Shown here: positions 45,783 through 57,872 of the stretch, one piece after another
Layout: every line of letters starts with the position of its first letter
Numbering within the stretch: position 1 is the stretch's first letter
Origin: Selaginella moellendorffii
Lineage: Eukaryota; Plantae; Lycopodiophyta
Direction: 5' to 3'
Assembly: GCF_000143415.4 (NCBI RefSeq)
Contig: NW_003314280.1
Span: 2,091,549-2,155,548 of the forward strand
Length of the DNA: 64,000 nt
Made by a program: the position numbers and the translations under genes
Notes under the pieces: model-generated
Database searches by the model: none
What the model saw: only the letters and a program-made list of their open reading frames with translations
What the model was told of the DNA's origin: nothing

Positions 45783-47576
45783 ATCATCGCTAGAGGCACA
45801 GATCTTCGCGAGCGAGATGTAAGGTGAGGAGCTACCGGGGGTCATCTCGGAGATCAAGCTCGCAGCTCTCCAAGCTCCCTCGGTTTTCATCCCACCAAGC
45901 GAGCAAGCTCCAAGCAGCGCTCCCCAGGTGGGATGATCCGGGTGGTATGGCATGCTATCGATAAGCTCCTCGGCCGCCACCAATCGCCCAGATCGAGCCA
46001 GGAGATTGACAAGCCACGCGTAGTGCTCCGCCTTTGCTGCGATCCCAAAGTCCACAGCCATGGACGTCCAGAGCTCACATCCCCGCTCGAGCAGCCCCTC
46101 GTAAGCACACGCCGAGAGAACCCCCAGGAACGTCACGTCGTGTGGATCGACTCCTTGGTGGATCATGTCCACGAAGAGCTGGAGGGCGCGCTCCCGATTA
46201 CCGCTCTGGACGTCGGCGGTGATCATCGCGGTCCACGACACCGAGTCGCGCTCCTCCATGGCATCAAAGTGCCTCTTTGCGTTCTCGAAGCTGCCACACT
46301 TGGCATACATTGAGATGAAGGAGTTTCCAAGCTCGACGCTCCCCCGGCTTCCTCCAATCTCCTCGTCGATGAGAATTCCGGGAGTGAGCGCCGAGGCCTG
46401 CGAGCACGCATCGATCAGGCACAGGAAAGTTATCCCGTTAGGACGAACTCCCTCGATGGTCATGAGCTTGAACAGCTCCAGCGCCTCGATCGCTCGCTCG
46501 CTCCGCGTGTAGCAAGTGAGCATCGCGTTCCACGACACCAGGTCGCGCTCCGGCATGCCGTCGAAGATCCTCCTCGTCTCCTCGAAGTGCGCCATCTGCG
46601 AACACGCCAGAAACATGCTCGTCCATGACCGGATGTTCCACTGTGCCATTTTTTCAAACACCAGCCTCGCGCTCTCCAGATCGTTTCCCTGGCCGTAAGC
46701 AGCGATCAGCGCGTTCCAGGATCCGGCGTCTCGGTCCATCGCGAGGAAGATCTTCCTGGCTTGATCGATGTCTCCGGCTTCGGCATACCCGAACAGCATG
46801 CTCGTCCAAGTGATGGAGTTCGGACAAGGGACGCTCTGGAACAGCCTCCTGGCCTCCTCGAGCATTCCAGTGCGCGTGTAGGCGGGAAAGATCGAGTTCC
46901 ACGACACCGAGTCTCGGGCTGGAATGCGATCGAAGAGTGCCCGCGCTGCTCGAGCATCCCCAGCCTGGGCATTTGCCGTGATTAGAGCATTCCATGACAC
47001 AATGTTTCTCTCGGGCATTTTGTCGAATAGAAACTTTGCTTCCTGGAGCTGGCCAGTTCGGGAGAGCCCGGAAAGCAAAGCCGTCCACGAGACTACGTTG
47101 ACGACAGGCATTCTTGAAAAGAAGCTGCTCGCTTCAAGACAATCCCCGGACTGGGCATATGCAGAGACCATAGAGTTCCAAGACGCAACATCGCGCTGGG
47201 CCATTTTATCAAACATTTCTCTTGACTCGGCAATGTTTCCAGAATCCGCTAACGCAACCATGACCGCATTGCAAGAAACCGCGCTGTGCTCTGGCATTTT
47301 CCAGAACCATTTCCCGGCCTCGTTAAGATACCCGTTTTGGGCAAGAAGTGCCACCATGATTGTCCACGAGAAAACGTTTCTCCAGCACAACCTCTCAAAC
47401 GCTGCTCTGGCTTCGTCCAGGCTTCCCAGCCGCCCAAACATTTGGATGATGTGGTTGCCCAGAAACTTTTGGCTGTCCAGGCCCTTCCTTGCGAGCTCCC
47501 AGTGCAATTGCCTTCCATCTGATAGATGGTTACAAGCTTTCAACTTCAAAGCATAATCAGCCTCCACAAGCCTCAT
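45777..47576 (-). CDS. PLS-class PPR protein rich in tandem short (S/SS-type) motifs, with E domain
   Basis: 599-aa intronless ORF with many ~31-aa repeats (FDKMP.R.VSWN); ends HYAWLVNLLARSG..MPYHP..SPYISLAKI. Confidence 0.92.
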   Translation of the reverse strand: MRLVEADYALKLKACNHLSDGRQLHWELARKGLDSQKFLGNHIIQMFGRLGSLDEARAAFERLCWRNVFSWTIMVALLAQNGYLNEAGKWFWKMPEHSAVSCNAVMVALADSGNIAESREMFDKMAQRDVASWNSMVSAYAQSGDCLEASSFFSRMPVVNVVSWTALLSGLSRTGQLQEAKFLFDKMPERNIVSWNALITANAQAGDARAARALFDRIPARDSVSWNSIFPAYTRTGMLEEARRLFQSVPCPNSITWTSMLFGYAEAGDIDQARKIFLAMDRDAGSWNALIAAYGQGNDLESARLVFEKMAQWNIRSWTSMFLACSQMAHFEETRRIFDGMPERDLVSWNAMLTCYTRSERAIEALELFKLMTIEGVRPNGITFLCLIDACSQASALTPGILIDEEIGGSRGSVELGNSFISMYAKCGSFENAKRHFDAMEERDSVSWTAMITADVQSGNRERALQLFVDMIHQGVDPHDVTFLGVLSACAYEGLLERGCELWTSMAVDFGIAAKAEHYAWLVNLLARSGRLVAAEELIDSMPYHPDHPTWGALLGACSLGGMKTEGAWRAASLISEMTPGSSSPYISLAKICASSDDL

Positions 47577-47799
47577 AAAATGCTTAGGTCCAAATTAGCT
47601 TCGTTTATATGCATTTTGCAACAATTAAAACTAAACAATTAATTTTCATTTTAGGTGGGAAAAGCTTTGCCCTTAATCACGGGTGTGATCAAGCTTTGAC
47701 TTCCAAGGAATTCATATTTGTCATAGGTTTCCAAAACTTAGAATTGAATCACTTGGAGCCAATAAGTACATAAGATACACCATCAACTAACACCATCTG

Positions 47800-50700
47800 T
47801 GGAAAATAAGAGTCATAGAATGCATCACTCTACTCCAATCTGGTTATTGGGAAGTGAACATCAACTGGGTATAAAGCATACATACTATATGACAATGGCA
47901 TTGTATGGAGCAGAGTACTAAGCCAAGACTTGTAGGATAAATTAGAGGCTCTCAACAAATCCTTTCCTTTAACATAGTTTGGCCTACCTAATTCTTGTTC
48001 TTGACACTGGGCTTCTTCCACTGGAGATCCTCACGTGGAGATGCTACCTTCTATATGTTCATCGCAAGTACTTCTTGCACCATTAGGGGATGCTGTCATG
48101 TAGGAATCATAAGAGATGGCAAACTTAGTGGTGTTGTTGTAGTTCCATGAGGAATTCATTGGCTTTGACTTGGATCTCCCCAGGAACTGGGACCGTGACA
48201 TCTAATAGGGTGGACAATGCGTTGAATCGGTTGGAGGCTGCCATGTTGACTTCAATGTGTAGTTCCTCCACAAGCATCCAGCCCAAGTACAACACCTTTG
48301 ATTCCTTCATTTTTGGAAGCTGCAGTAGTGGGGCAGACATGTAGTCTGTTGGTGGTGGACTGTTCCATCCTGGGGAGAGCTCGACTACCAGGATGGTCGG
48401 AGGAGCTGGAATGGAGCTGGTGCCGATGGAGAGGCATGGCACTAGCAAAGTGAGCCACAGGGATCCTTTTGGGGTTTCTGAACCGTGAGGCATGGCATCA
48501 GTGCTTTGTTTTCCCAGCAAAGCCTGAATGACTTGGTCCCTTTGCTACATGGTCAGGATGAGGTCGTTGCCCATTGGAGAGGGGGCATGTGAATTGGGAG
48601 CTTGTCCTTGTGTCTCATTAGCACCTTTGTCCATATAGGTGCCAAGTCCTTCAAGTGCTGGGGGGAGGGGTGGTGCCTTGACCATTGGTGGTGTTGCTGT
48701 GGATCTTGTGGCTAAGACTTTTCAGGATGAAGATGTGTTAGCTCCTCCTTTTGGCATCTTGGGGTTCTTTGTAGCTGGTTTTTTCCTCAAGACTTTGACA
48801 ATATCTGCTAATGATGTTGGGGAAGACATTGGGTTGCTCATTGTTTGCACCTTGTCTGCTTCCTTCTCCACGTGGGGGACATCAAGCTTTTATGGTTGTA
48901 GTGAACCTTATCTCTCTCCCCTTAAGCCAACTGAAAAAGGGGCAATTGTTTGATGAGAAAGCCTTTAGTGGCTATTTTATCCCCATTTATTTCCTAAAGT
49001 TCCAAAGACCCACAGTGACAATATATCCAAATTTCATCCCATGACTATATGCGTTACACTCACCCCCCCGTTTAGGGTTTACTAGCACCTCTAACACCTC
49101 CATTTCCACACTGAATCTACTAATCCTTCAATTGTATAGACTAGTTATTCCACATGAGGCAACTAATCATCCACCCATACCGCAGTCCCACAGTGGATAC
49201 CTTTGTCTATGGATACTCCACATAAGAGGAAGGATATACGCATGGATGCTCAATACGTACGATTTCAAATTTAGGGGTAGGAATATACCTTGCTCAAGGG
49301 TATATTATATTTTTAAGTAACCACTAATAAATAGAAATTGAACCCATGCCATTTACTCCAATACCACATATAGCGCACTTTATCTCTCTCCCCTTAAGCC
49401 AACTGGAAAAAGGGTAATTGCTTGATGAGAGAACCCTTAGTGGCTATTTTATTCCCATTCATCCCTTAAGGTTCTAAGGATCCACGGTGATAGTATATCC
49501 AAATCTCATCCCATGATCACATGTGCTACAGTGGTGGTAGAGGATATTGTTTGAGCTTGATGGAAAGCTTCATCCCTGTGTTCTCTATTGCCGAGCATGG
49601 GGCAAGTACTGCCTCGGGCTCTTCCACGTCCTCTTGCTGGATCTGGACTGTGTCTGGGTGTGCCATAAGTGGAGCCTGTATGATTATTTCTTCTACTGAT
49701 TGTTCCTACTCGTCCACAAGGATCCCGCGTTTGTGTGCATGCTTTGTTCTTGGCATGTTCCATTGGCTCCGAGGGGCTGCAAGACGTTCAAGGATAAGTG
49801 CCACACCGAGGAGGAGAAGTGAGATTCCTGTGTCAAAAAAATGACTAGGGGCAGTGGTGCAAGGGGGGAACAACACTGTAGTGTTGAGAGCTTTCATTGG
49901 GGGACAGGCTGGAGAGCAGGGGAGAGGTGATAGCAGGGAAGTGGTGGAGGCAGTGGAGGAGAGAAGGGGGGAGGGGGGTGATGTAGCCACTGTAGAGCAC
50001 AGGGAGGGGAGGAGGCAAACCTTTGCGTTGGTGTTGAGTGTTGGGTGCTTCTATTTGCTCTGCTTCATGCTTCTGTGCTGGCGCTGGCGAGGTGAGCCGT
50101 GGACTTGTCTTTTTGCAGTGTGGGGTGGAATTTTTATCGTCGGGGATGAGGAGAGAGTGACTAGGTTACGTGGAGCTCCCCCAGGGGTGACATGTGTTGG
50201 CACGAGGTGTGTGGCCCACGAATGTGACTGGCAATTGGATTGTGCTGACATCCCTAGTCCTCGACTGTTGTGCTTGGGAATGTCTCGATTTTGTGGAGAC
50301 ATCATTAATGATTGCTAGGTCGAGGGAGGTGCATGATGATTCCCAAGGTACGTGGTACTGTGGGGGCTTAAATTCTCCAGTTGTGAGCGTGATGGTGCCA
50401 CCACTTAATCTGAACCATCTAGTGGCATGAGGAGTGATCGGGGCCATTGGCGAGATTTTGTTATGATCGCTCCCTTGTGTAAGATCGTAAGCCATAAAGG
50501 TGTGGATTTGGGCCGATTGTGAGTTGGGGTTGCAGGACTACGGCATTGACGAGCAGTCTGACAGGCAATCCAACCCATCCAATGTGTGTATGGGGCGCTG
50601 ATACCGTACTTTTGGCTTGGGTGTGCTCCCCGGCTCTTGCTGAGCATTGGATGTCACAAGCACCAATCCTGGTCGTTTCCGGGACTTAGCCGATTTCTAG

Positions 50701-51400
50701 ATGATTTTTGTTGAAGTAGCATGGAGTTCTCTTCCTAGGATCTCCAATTGCTTCGATTCTTGGCTCGGCAAGAACTAGATTGGCAGTGGGATCCTTGATA
50801 AAAGGCCATAACACTGCAATTTGTTGTGAGAGGAGAGGGGGGAGTTGCCAACCCGTCCACACTTCATGTTCACAACCATGGTGCTAAAAATAGGACACAT
50901 ACAAGGAGGACTGTGGGCATGTTCATGGCTTGGCCAGAGGGCATTCCTTGCTCAAGCTCTTCTGGATGTGCTTGTTAAAGGTGCTCGTGTTCAAGAGATA
51001 GAAGGTTCATGATAGTATGTGCTCAATTTGCTTCTCGTATACTTCTATCTCTTTTTAATGCTTCGAGCATCCTTCCCCCGATCCGGCTTGGCGTGTTGGC
51101 TTTTTTGTTCATGATATGGGGGATCAGGGGGGAACTTTTGCTATGTCCACACCTGGGTCCTCTTTTTTTAACTTTGTAGGGGTGCAAAGAGGATTATGGG
51201 TTGTGTAGCCATTAGTCCTATCGGTCTTGGAGGTCTTGAAATGATCCCTTCACTACCCAAATGGATCAGTGTGGACCAATTGTTGGGTGGAGTGAGCTTG
51301 AATAAGGGGAACCCAATGTAGATCTAGTGGAAGTGGTGAGAGAGGGAGTGTTAGAGAGTGTGTTTGTGGAGACCGCGCTAGATTAGGGGGGAGCTGAGAA
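47800..51400 (-). mobile_element. Degenerate retroelement relic (possibly LINE ORF1-like), interrupted by a TRIM
   Basis: Broken minus-strand ORFs with stops, a SNRFNAL motif typical of LINE ORF1 C-termini, and no intron structure. The assignment is weak. Confidence 0.3.
48897..49530 (-). mobile_element. TRIM (family A), copy 1
   Basis: ~162-bp direct repeats 48897-49058 and ~49369-49530. Reverse-strand PBS-like TGGTATTGGAG ~49356-49366; PPT complement CTCACCCCCCC at 49059; TSD ATGGT/GTGGT. Confidence 0.85.
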
Positions 51401-51589
51401 GAATTGAGATCTCGGCACTTCCACCAACGAGATCGCTAAGCGTGTTCCGGACGTGCCCACGACCCCCCGAATAGTAAGGCGCTCAACTGCAAATCTATGG
51501 CACCAAAGATAGGAACTTGCCCGAGTGCTGTGAGCGTGAGAAGAGTGAGGGCATAGAGAGAAGGCACTGATACATTAGGGTTTCCATCT

Positions 51590-52987
51590 CTATCTCGCCT
51601 TCCCATAGTTTTGATTCCATCTTTGTGGTGGTGGATCAATTCACCAAGATGGCCCATTTCTTGCCTTGCTCGAAGTCCATCACTGGCATAGCAATGGCCA
51701 CCTTGGTGCTAAGGAGGTGTTTTGGCTTCACAGCCTACCAACAAACATCATCACCAATAGGGGACCTCAATTCATCTTCAGGTACTGACACCATTTTCTT
51801 GAGCTGCTTGGCATTCATGGCAACCTCTCATTGTTGCTGGAGCAATATCCTCATTGCTTCATCATAGCAAGATGATTGGGTGGACCTTTTGCCCCTCATA
51901 AAGTTCTCTTACAACAACTCTTGTCATTCTTCCATTCAGTACTCTCCATTCTTTGCCTATACTAGTCGTCACCCCCATTTTGATCTCTCTCACCCCCTTT
52001 CTTCCACCACTTTGACCATTCCACAGGCTAATGCTTTTTTCACTCATCTCCAAACCATTCACACCACCGTCTCCCATCATTTCCAATATGCCATTGAGTC
52101 TCATAAGCGCTTTGCCAATCATCATCGTCAACTAGCTCCTCCATATGCTATTGGCAACCATGTCTAGCTCCTTCACCACAACATCTCTACGAATCGACCT
52201 TTTAGCAAGTTGGACTTTAAGCACCTTGGCCCATTTTCCATCTTTGAGGTACTTAGTCCTCTTTCTTTTCATCTTGCTTTGCCTTCTTCTTATTGTTTGC
52301 ACTTTGTTTTTCACTCCTCTCTTCTCGAACCTTATATTTCCAACACCATTCCCAACCGCACTTCACCACCTCCTCCTGTTATCCTCCATAATGAGCCTAA
52401 ATTTGAAGTTGCTTCCATTCTTGACTCCAAAATCTCCCACAACCAACTCCTTTATCTTGTTAACTAGCTTGGTTATGGCTCTAAGGACCACTCCTAGGAG
52501 TTGGCCAAGCATCTGGCTCATTCCCCTCTTAAACTCCATGATTTTCACACTTGCTATCCTTATAAACCTAGTCCTCATTCTCTTGCTTCTACTTCTTCTC
52601 CCTCAGCTAATCTTCACACTCGCTTTGCTTATCCTTGAGGGGGGGGGTATTGTTAGGAAGCCCCCTTCCTACCATCAGATTCCTTGCCATTACCAATTTC
52701 CAAGCCATTATTCCAACTATTATCTTAGCCATTACCTAATGGCTTCCTTTGAGATTGATTCCTGTTCTTTGGGTGGTCTATGTAGCTCGGGCAACATGAA
52801 CCCCCAATTTGGGAGCTCAAAACCAATGGTCTTCATTCTTCCATTTGCATTTTAAAAGCGTAATAGTTATTGTAAAAACTCATCCACAATCAACACCAAT
52901 CTTGGGGATAATTTTCCCTTGACTTTTCTCATTTTCTCTTCTCAATTCCCCTTTTTTTTCCTTGATTTTTGGAGTTGGTTCTTGACA
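51590..52987 (+). mobile_element. Ty3/gypsy chromovirus 3' fragment: pseudogenised integrase, GPY/F motif, chromodomain, PPT and 3' LTR
   Basis: FVVVDQFTKMAHFLP, DWVDLLPLIKFSYNN, LGPFSI...VFHSSLLEPY, FEVASILDSK..LLYLV with stops and frameshifts. PPT GAGGGGGGGGG precedes TGTTAG (52651); putative end TTGACA (52987). Confidence 0.85.
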
Positions 52988-55069
52988 AAAGGTTACCCCA
53001 TGCACATAAATACCACCACCTCAAGCTCTTTTAGCAATAAGGTTGTTTCATGCTCTTTTTTTCTTTCTTTTTATTTCTTTTCTTCTCTCTTCTAGGATGT
53101 GATCCCATAGGTGGAGCAAGCATGAGGCTGGATTTCACTTTGAGGTTGTATCAATTCTTCTTGTCTAAAAGCTCAAGTATTTTTTGGATTATTTTTTAAG
53201 GTTTCTAGGTTTTTACAACCTTAATACATTCCATATATTACCACTATCATTCTCCATCACTCACAATCATCATCTATTCATTCCTTTACTTTCTCCACCA
53301 CAATTTTGTACTTAATATAGTTTCTCACTCACTTTTCAACCACTTTTTATGCCATGCATACACAATCTTAGGGATCCCATTATATCACTATCTTCAACAT
53401 TAGTAAACATGACAGATGAACCAAGAATCAACAAAATCTAATATACCAAAGTCAAGATATAATGCAAAATCTTATAATGTAACAATTTTAGCCAAATCTA
53501 AGACATTTAGTAGTTGGTTTTCGAGAGTCAGTTGGATCTAATGCATATAAGAGACCAAGCATTACCATGGACAAATGTTTGTTCTTGATCCCAACAATTT
53601 CTTCCAACACAAATAATGATCTATGCACCAAGATGTAAGTAAACAAACAAAATGACTCAAAAGATGATCCATAAAGGTTCAAATATAAAAGAAAAGGGTC
53701 TATGAATAATATTACACCCCCTTTCCCAATCAATTAAGGGTTTTATAATATTTGGTGTTAAATGTCCTTGGGTTTGAAAAGTATTACGTTATGTGACCTT
53801 TTGAGAAGTCTAAATTCAAGAACTTATATAGAATAAATTGCAAGTTTTTTCTTCTTCTATGACTTGCATACAAATTGCCAACCATTTCAACTGTTATCAA
53901 AGGCTCAAAAATCCCCTCCATTACCACTACATTACAATTGGATATTATATTCATCCACATTCCATTCCTTCAATCACTATATTTTATCACTCTAACAATT
54001 ACCATTCCCAAACAACACATTCATTTTACCATTCCATGTCTTTGGAACTTTAGGTATGACCCAACTATGCTAAAAGAACTTTCCAAAAGTGAAGGGATCT
54101 TGAGGTGGAATTCTAAGTAAGTAATTCCCCTTCATTTGGTTTTATGTTTCTTCATTGCTCTTTTTCTCTTTTGCTTTCTTTTCCACTTACTCTATTTTTG
54201 GTTAAGTGTCAAATTCTTGCTTTTAAGAAAATGAGGGGAAAGTTAGGGGCTTGAAACTTTTCACTTTCTTCTTTTTTCTTTTGTTTTGTATTCCTCTCCA
54301 CTTTCTCTCACAATAATGTTGACACAACCTATCAAATTGCAGCATCATGGGTTTCTCGTATACAATGGAGTTTGGCACAATCCCCCATAGTCAATATACA
54401 TAGCATTTGAGTGAGATTCCCTAGTCCACTATTGAATTATTCTAGAGGCATGAGAAAATTTTTAAGGTATATATTCTTCTTTCTCTCCACTTTTAAGGTA
54501 GGGAGTTCATATGAAAGATTTTGGTTGCATTTTTTTCGTGAATGTGATTATGGGTATCAAAAGTTATTTGTCGGTAAGTCCTTTCAAATATTATTTTTTT
54601 ATTGCCACAACAGTATGAGGTCGGTATTGTTGGACCCTTTATCAGTCTCCACCCAAGCTAGTTATGAAATTAGTCATTATGTATGTACTTATGCAGAATA
54701 AATATAAGGTAGGAACTTCTATATATGTTTCTTGTTGGGCATATTCGGCCTAATATGATAAACTCATATGTTAACTTGCACTTGCTAGTGTTGGGAACCC
54801 CTACGATATTAAGCTTAGTCCCTCACTAAGTGATAATTTACTGTATTTGCTAAGACACTCTTGCTATCATGCCCCATATGTTGGTCTTGTTTAATTCTAT
54901 TGGCTATTTATAAAAAGTGTCTAAATTTGCTAATTTTGCATCTCTTATCTACAGAATGTAGAGATTGTCTTAAACATGATGGTGTTAGTCTTGTGTCCAA
55001 ATTTATAATCTAGCACCATTCCATATTTAATATGTTTTCGTGATTGTCCCAAAGATTAACTCCTGGGAT

Positions 55070-55580
55070 TAGGGTGAAAGCCCAAAGCATGCATTCCTCA
55101 AGTAAGGGGGGGTAAGGGCTGTGGGGGGTTCCAAATATAAAGTAGGAATAGTGGATAGATCAAGACCAACCTGAGGCATAGTGTAGCTCTTGCTTGCATG
55201 CCTATCCTTGTTCTACATTCAATTTGGATATAAGCCCAAACTTCATATCATACTAGCTAGTGGAGTATTTATATCCTCACATTAGGTTATCCATATGCTG
55301 AAATAGTGCCAAACTTTATTTAGCTTTATTTTGTATATTAGTTTTGGCATTGGGATGCTAGAAACTCTAGGATTGTTCTAATGTCATTCCAAGCTCTTGT
55401 CCTTTTGCTCTTTGGGCTGAATGTTTAAAAGTTGCTCTATGCTTTGGTTCCTTCGCTCTTTGGTTAAAAACATAGAACTTTAGCTCTGTTTCTTCATTTA
55501 GTGGCCCAGAACCCTAAAACTCAGGTTCCACTTTGTTATTCTTGGACACATGGTATGTGACATGTGGCACATAAAAGTTT
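55070..55580 (+). mobile_element. Older LTR fragment related to the 55581/62349 LTR family, in inverted orientation
   Basis: 55300-55400 and 55541-55580 are diverged reverse complements of ~63780-63880 and ~63600-63640; 55070-55150 matches ~56510-56590 inverted. Confidence 0.65.
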
Positions 55581-56603
55581 TGTAAGTGACTAATTTTTCC
55601 ATTCTACTTTAGTCACTTAACCACACCTGCGACCACTTAGAGGAGTCTCATTCACAACCTCCATAAGTCCAATTCAGGACTTGGGGCTTGCTAGCCCCGA
55701 GAATGGCATCCATACCACTCAACCTCTACACTTGGTCCAGGTGCTCCACGTGATCGATCTCATGATCGACACCCCAAGGTACTACCGACATATCAGCCCG
55801 TTACGCTAAGGCCATGTCCATTTACCTTGGTCACACCGGTAGTCCAGCACCACCTGTATTGCAATCCCATCTCTCAAAGACTAGGCCATCTGCCATGAGT
55901 GATCATCCTAGATCCACTCCTTAGCATCCTTAGGATGCCCGCAAACATAGGGAATAACTTTCCCCAATATCTCTTTTTTGGTCCCCACCAAGTCCCTTTT
56001 TGTTCATAGCCGTGTTCGCCAACACTGCCATTAGATCAAGGCCCACAGGCCCGACCACTAAGTCCCCTTGTCCTCAGGGACTTCCTCACCGTGTGACTGT
56101 ATCTTTGGTCACCACACTAAAGGACTACTCCTCTTCCTATCCACAGTTTGGGACTTTAGGACAACATTTCGGAACACTGTGGCCCTATGCAGACCTCGTG
56201 GGTACTCTCCCTGTCTTTTGCCTTTGGGTGCTCTAGCCATGGGCTTAGAGCGAGGTTTCATTGAGCCACGCCAGGTATCCAAGTAGGTAGTGGCACCCAC
56301 GCCTGGATTGGGAGCATCGACCACTCGATCTCCCAGGGGAACTAGAGCCGGTTTTTGAACACTTCACCAAGCTACCCCACATGTCGGTCCATATTCACTT
56401 TAGTCTTGGACTTCTTAGTGGTCAAATCATCACCTAGCATCTGGGTACAGCCTCCCTAGGCCAAACTGGCCTTTCCTGGCCAAACTGGCTCCACTAAGCT
56501 CCAACCCCCATACTCTCCCTACTATAATTTTGGAACCCCCCACAGCCCCCCCTCCCCTAGGGGACGATTGCTTTGGGCTTTCACCCAACTACCTACATTA
56601 GTA

Positions 56604-56895
56604 TTCGGACTCGAACTTGGACTCGGACTCGGACTCAGTCTTAGTCTCGGACTCGGTCTCGGTCTTAGTCTTGGACTCGGTCTCGGTCTCGATCTCGGTC
56701 TTGGACTCGGACTCGGTTTCGGTCTCAATCTCAGTCTCGGTCCCGGTCCCGGTTCTATCTCGGACTCCATCTCGGGCCCAACTTGGACTCCATCTCAGAC
56801 TCCATCTCAGGTCCATCTCGAACTCCACCTCGAACTACATCTCGGACTCCATCTCAGGTCCATTTCAGACTCCATCTTGGGTCCATCTCGGACAC
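56604..56895. repeat. (GGACTC/GGTCTC)n hexamer grading into 12-18-mer minisatellite inside the LTR; a shorter variant array lies at ~63295-63500
   Basis: Tandem GGACTC, GGTCTC and GGACTCCATCTC units read directly. Confidence 0.85.
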
Positions 56896-57239
56896 TTCCA
56901 CATGTCATGTGTTGATCCTCTTGTGTCCCTTTTCTAAAGACTCACTTATCGCTCACTTCGTGCTTGTTCCTCGAGCACTTCATTAGGAGTTCCACTCCCA
57001 CTCTCGACCTTTCAAGTTGGAATTTTCAATCCAAACGTGTTACGCTTGTTTGGCTTTTGCTTCGGCCACACCATGTGGTGCCCTTTCGGCTCCACTTTGG
57101 GGCTTAGGGATTTATATCTCACAACTCCACCACCTATAGACGAAGTTCGATATCCTCATCAAACAATAAATTATTTTATAAAGTAATACTAGTATATATT
57201 ACCCTTGCCATCCTTGGCACCTAGCCAATATTCGTTAAT

Positions 57240-57872
57240 TGATCATGGGATGAGATTTGGATATACTGTCACTGTGGATCCTTGGAACCTTAGGGGATAA
57301 ATGGGGATAAAATAGCCACTAAGAGCTCTCTCATCAAGCAATTGCCCCTTTTCCAGTTGGCTTAAGGGGAGAGAGATAGGGTGTGCTACAATTGGTATCG
57401 GAGCAAATGGCATGGGTTCGATTCCCATTGATTAGTGGCTACTTAAAAATATAATATACCTTTAAGCAAGGTATATACCCCTAAAATTTGAAATCATACA
57501 TATTGGGCATCCATGCGTACGTCCTTCCTCTTAGTGGAGCATGCATAGATGAAGGAATCCGTGGGACTGCGGTACGGGTGGATGACTAGTTGCCTCACAT
57601 GGAATAACTAGTCTACACAATGGAAGGATTGGTAGATTCAGTGTGGAAATAGAGGTGTTAGTTCCCCTTGGCAACAACAATACTACAACAGTAGTAGTAG
57701 GGGGGGTGAATGTAATGCATGTGATCATGAGATGAGATTTGGATATACTGTCACCGTGGATCCTTAGAACCTTGGGGGATAAATGGGGATAAAATAGCCA
57801 CTAAAAGCTTTTTCATCAAGCAATTGCCCCTTTTCTAGTTGGCTTAAGGGGAGAGAGATAGGGTGTGTTACA
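57240..57872 (+). mobile_element. TRIM (family A), copy 2; 5' LTR slightly truncated
   Basis: LTRs ~57240-57390 and 57711-57872; PBS TGGTATCGGAGC at 57393; PPT AGGGGGGGTGAA before 57711; reverse complement of the 48897-49530 element. Confidence 0.88.

Noticed and set aside
52145-52855. 236-aa Leu-rich ORF resembling a membrane protein
   Set aside because: It is an alternate frame of the C/T-rich decayed integrase-chromodomain region and LTR.
56522-56937. ORFs with (RP)n, (LG)n, (ES/ET)n and (DS)n repeats; likewise 63149-63684
   Set aside because: These are translations of the hexamer satellite in the LTR, not genes; there are no unique spacers, so it is not CRISPR-like.
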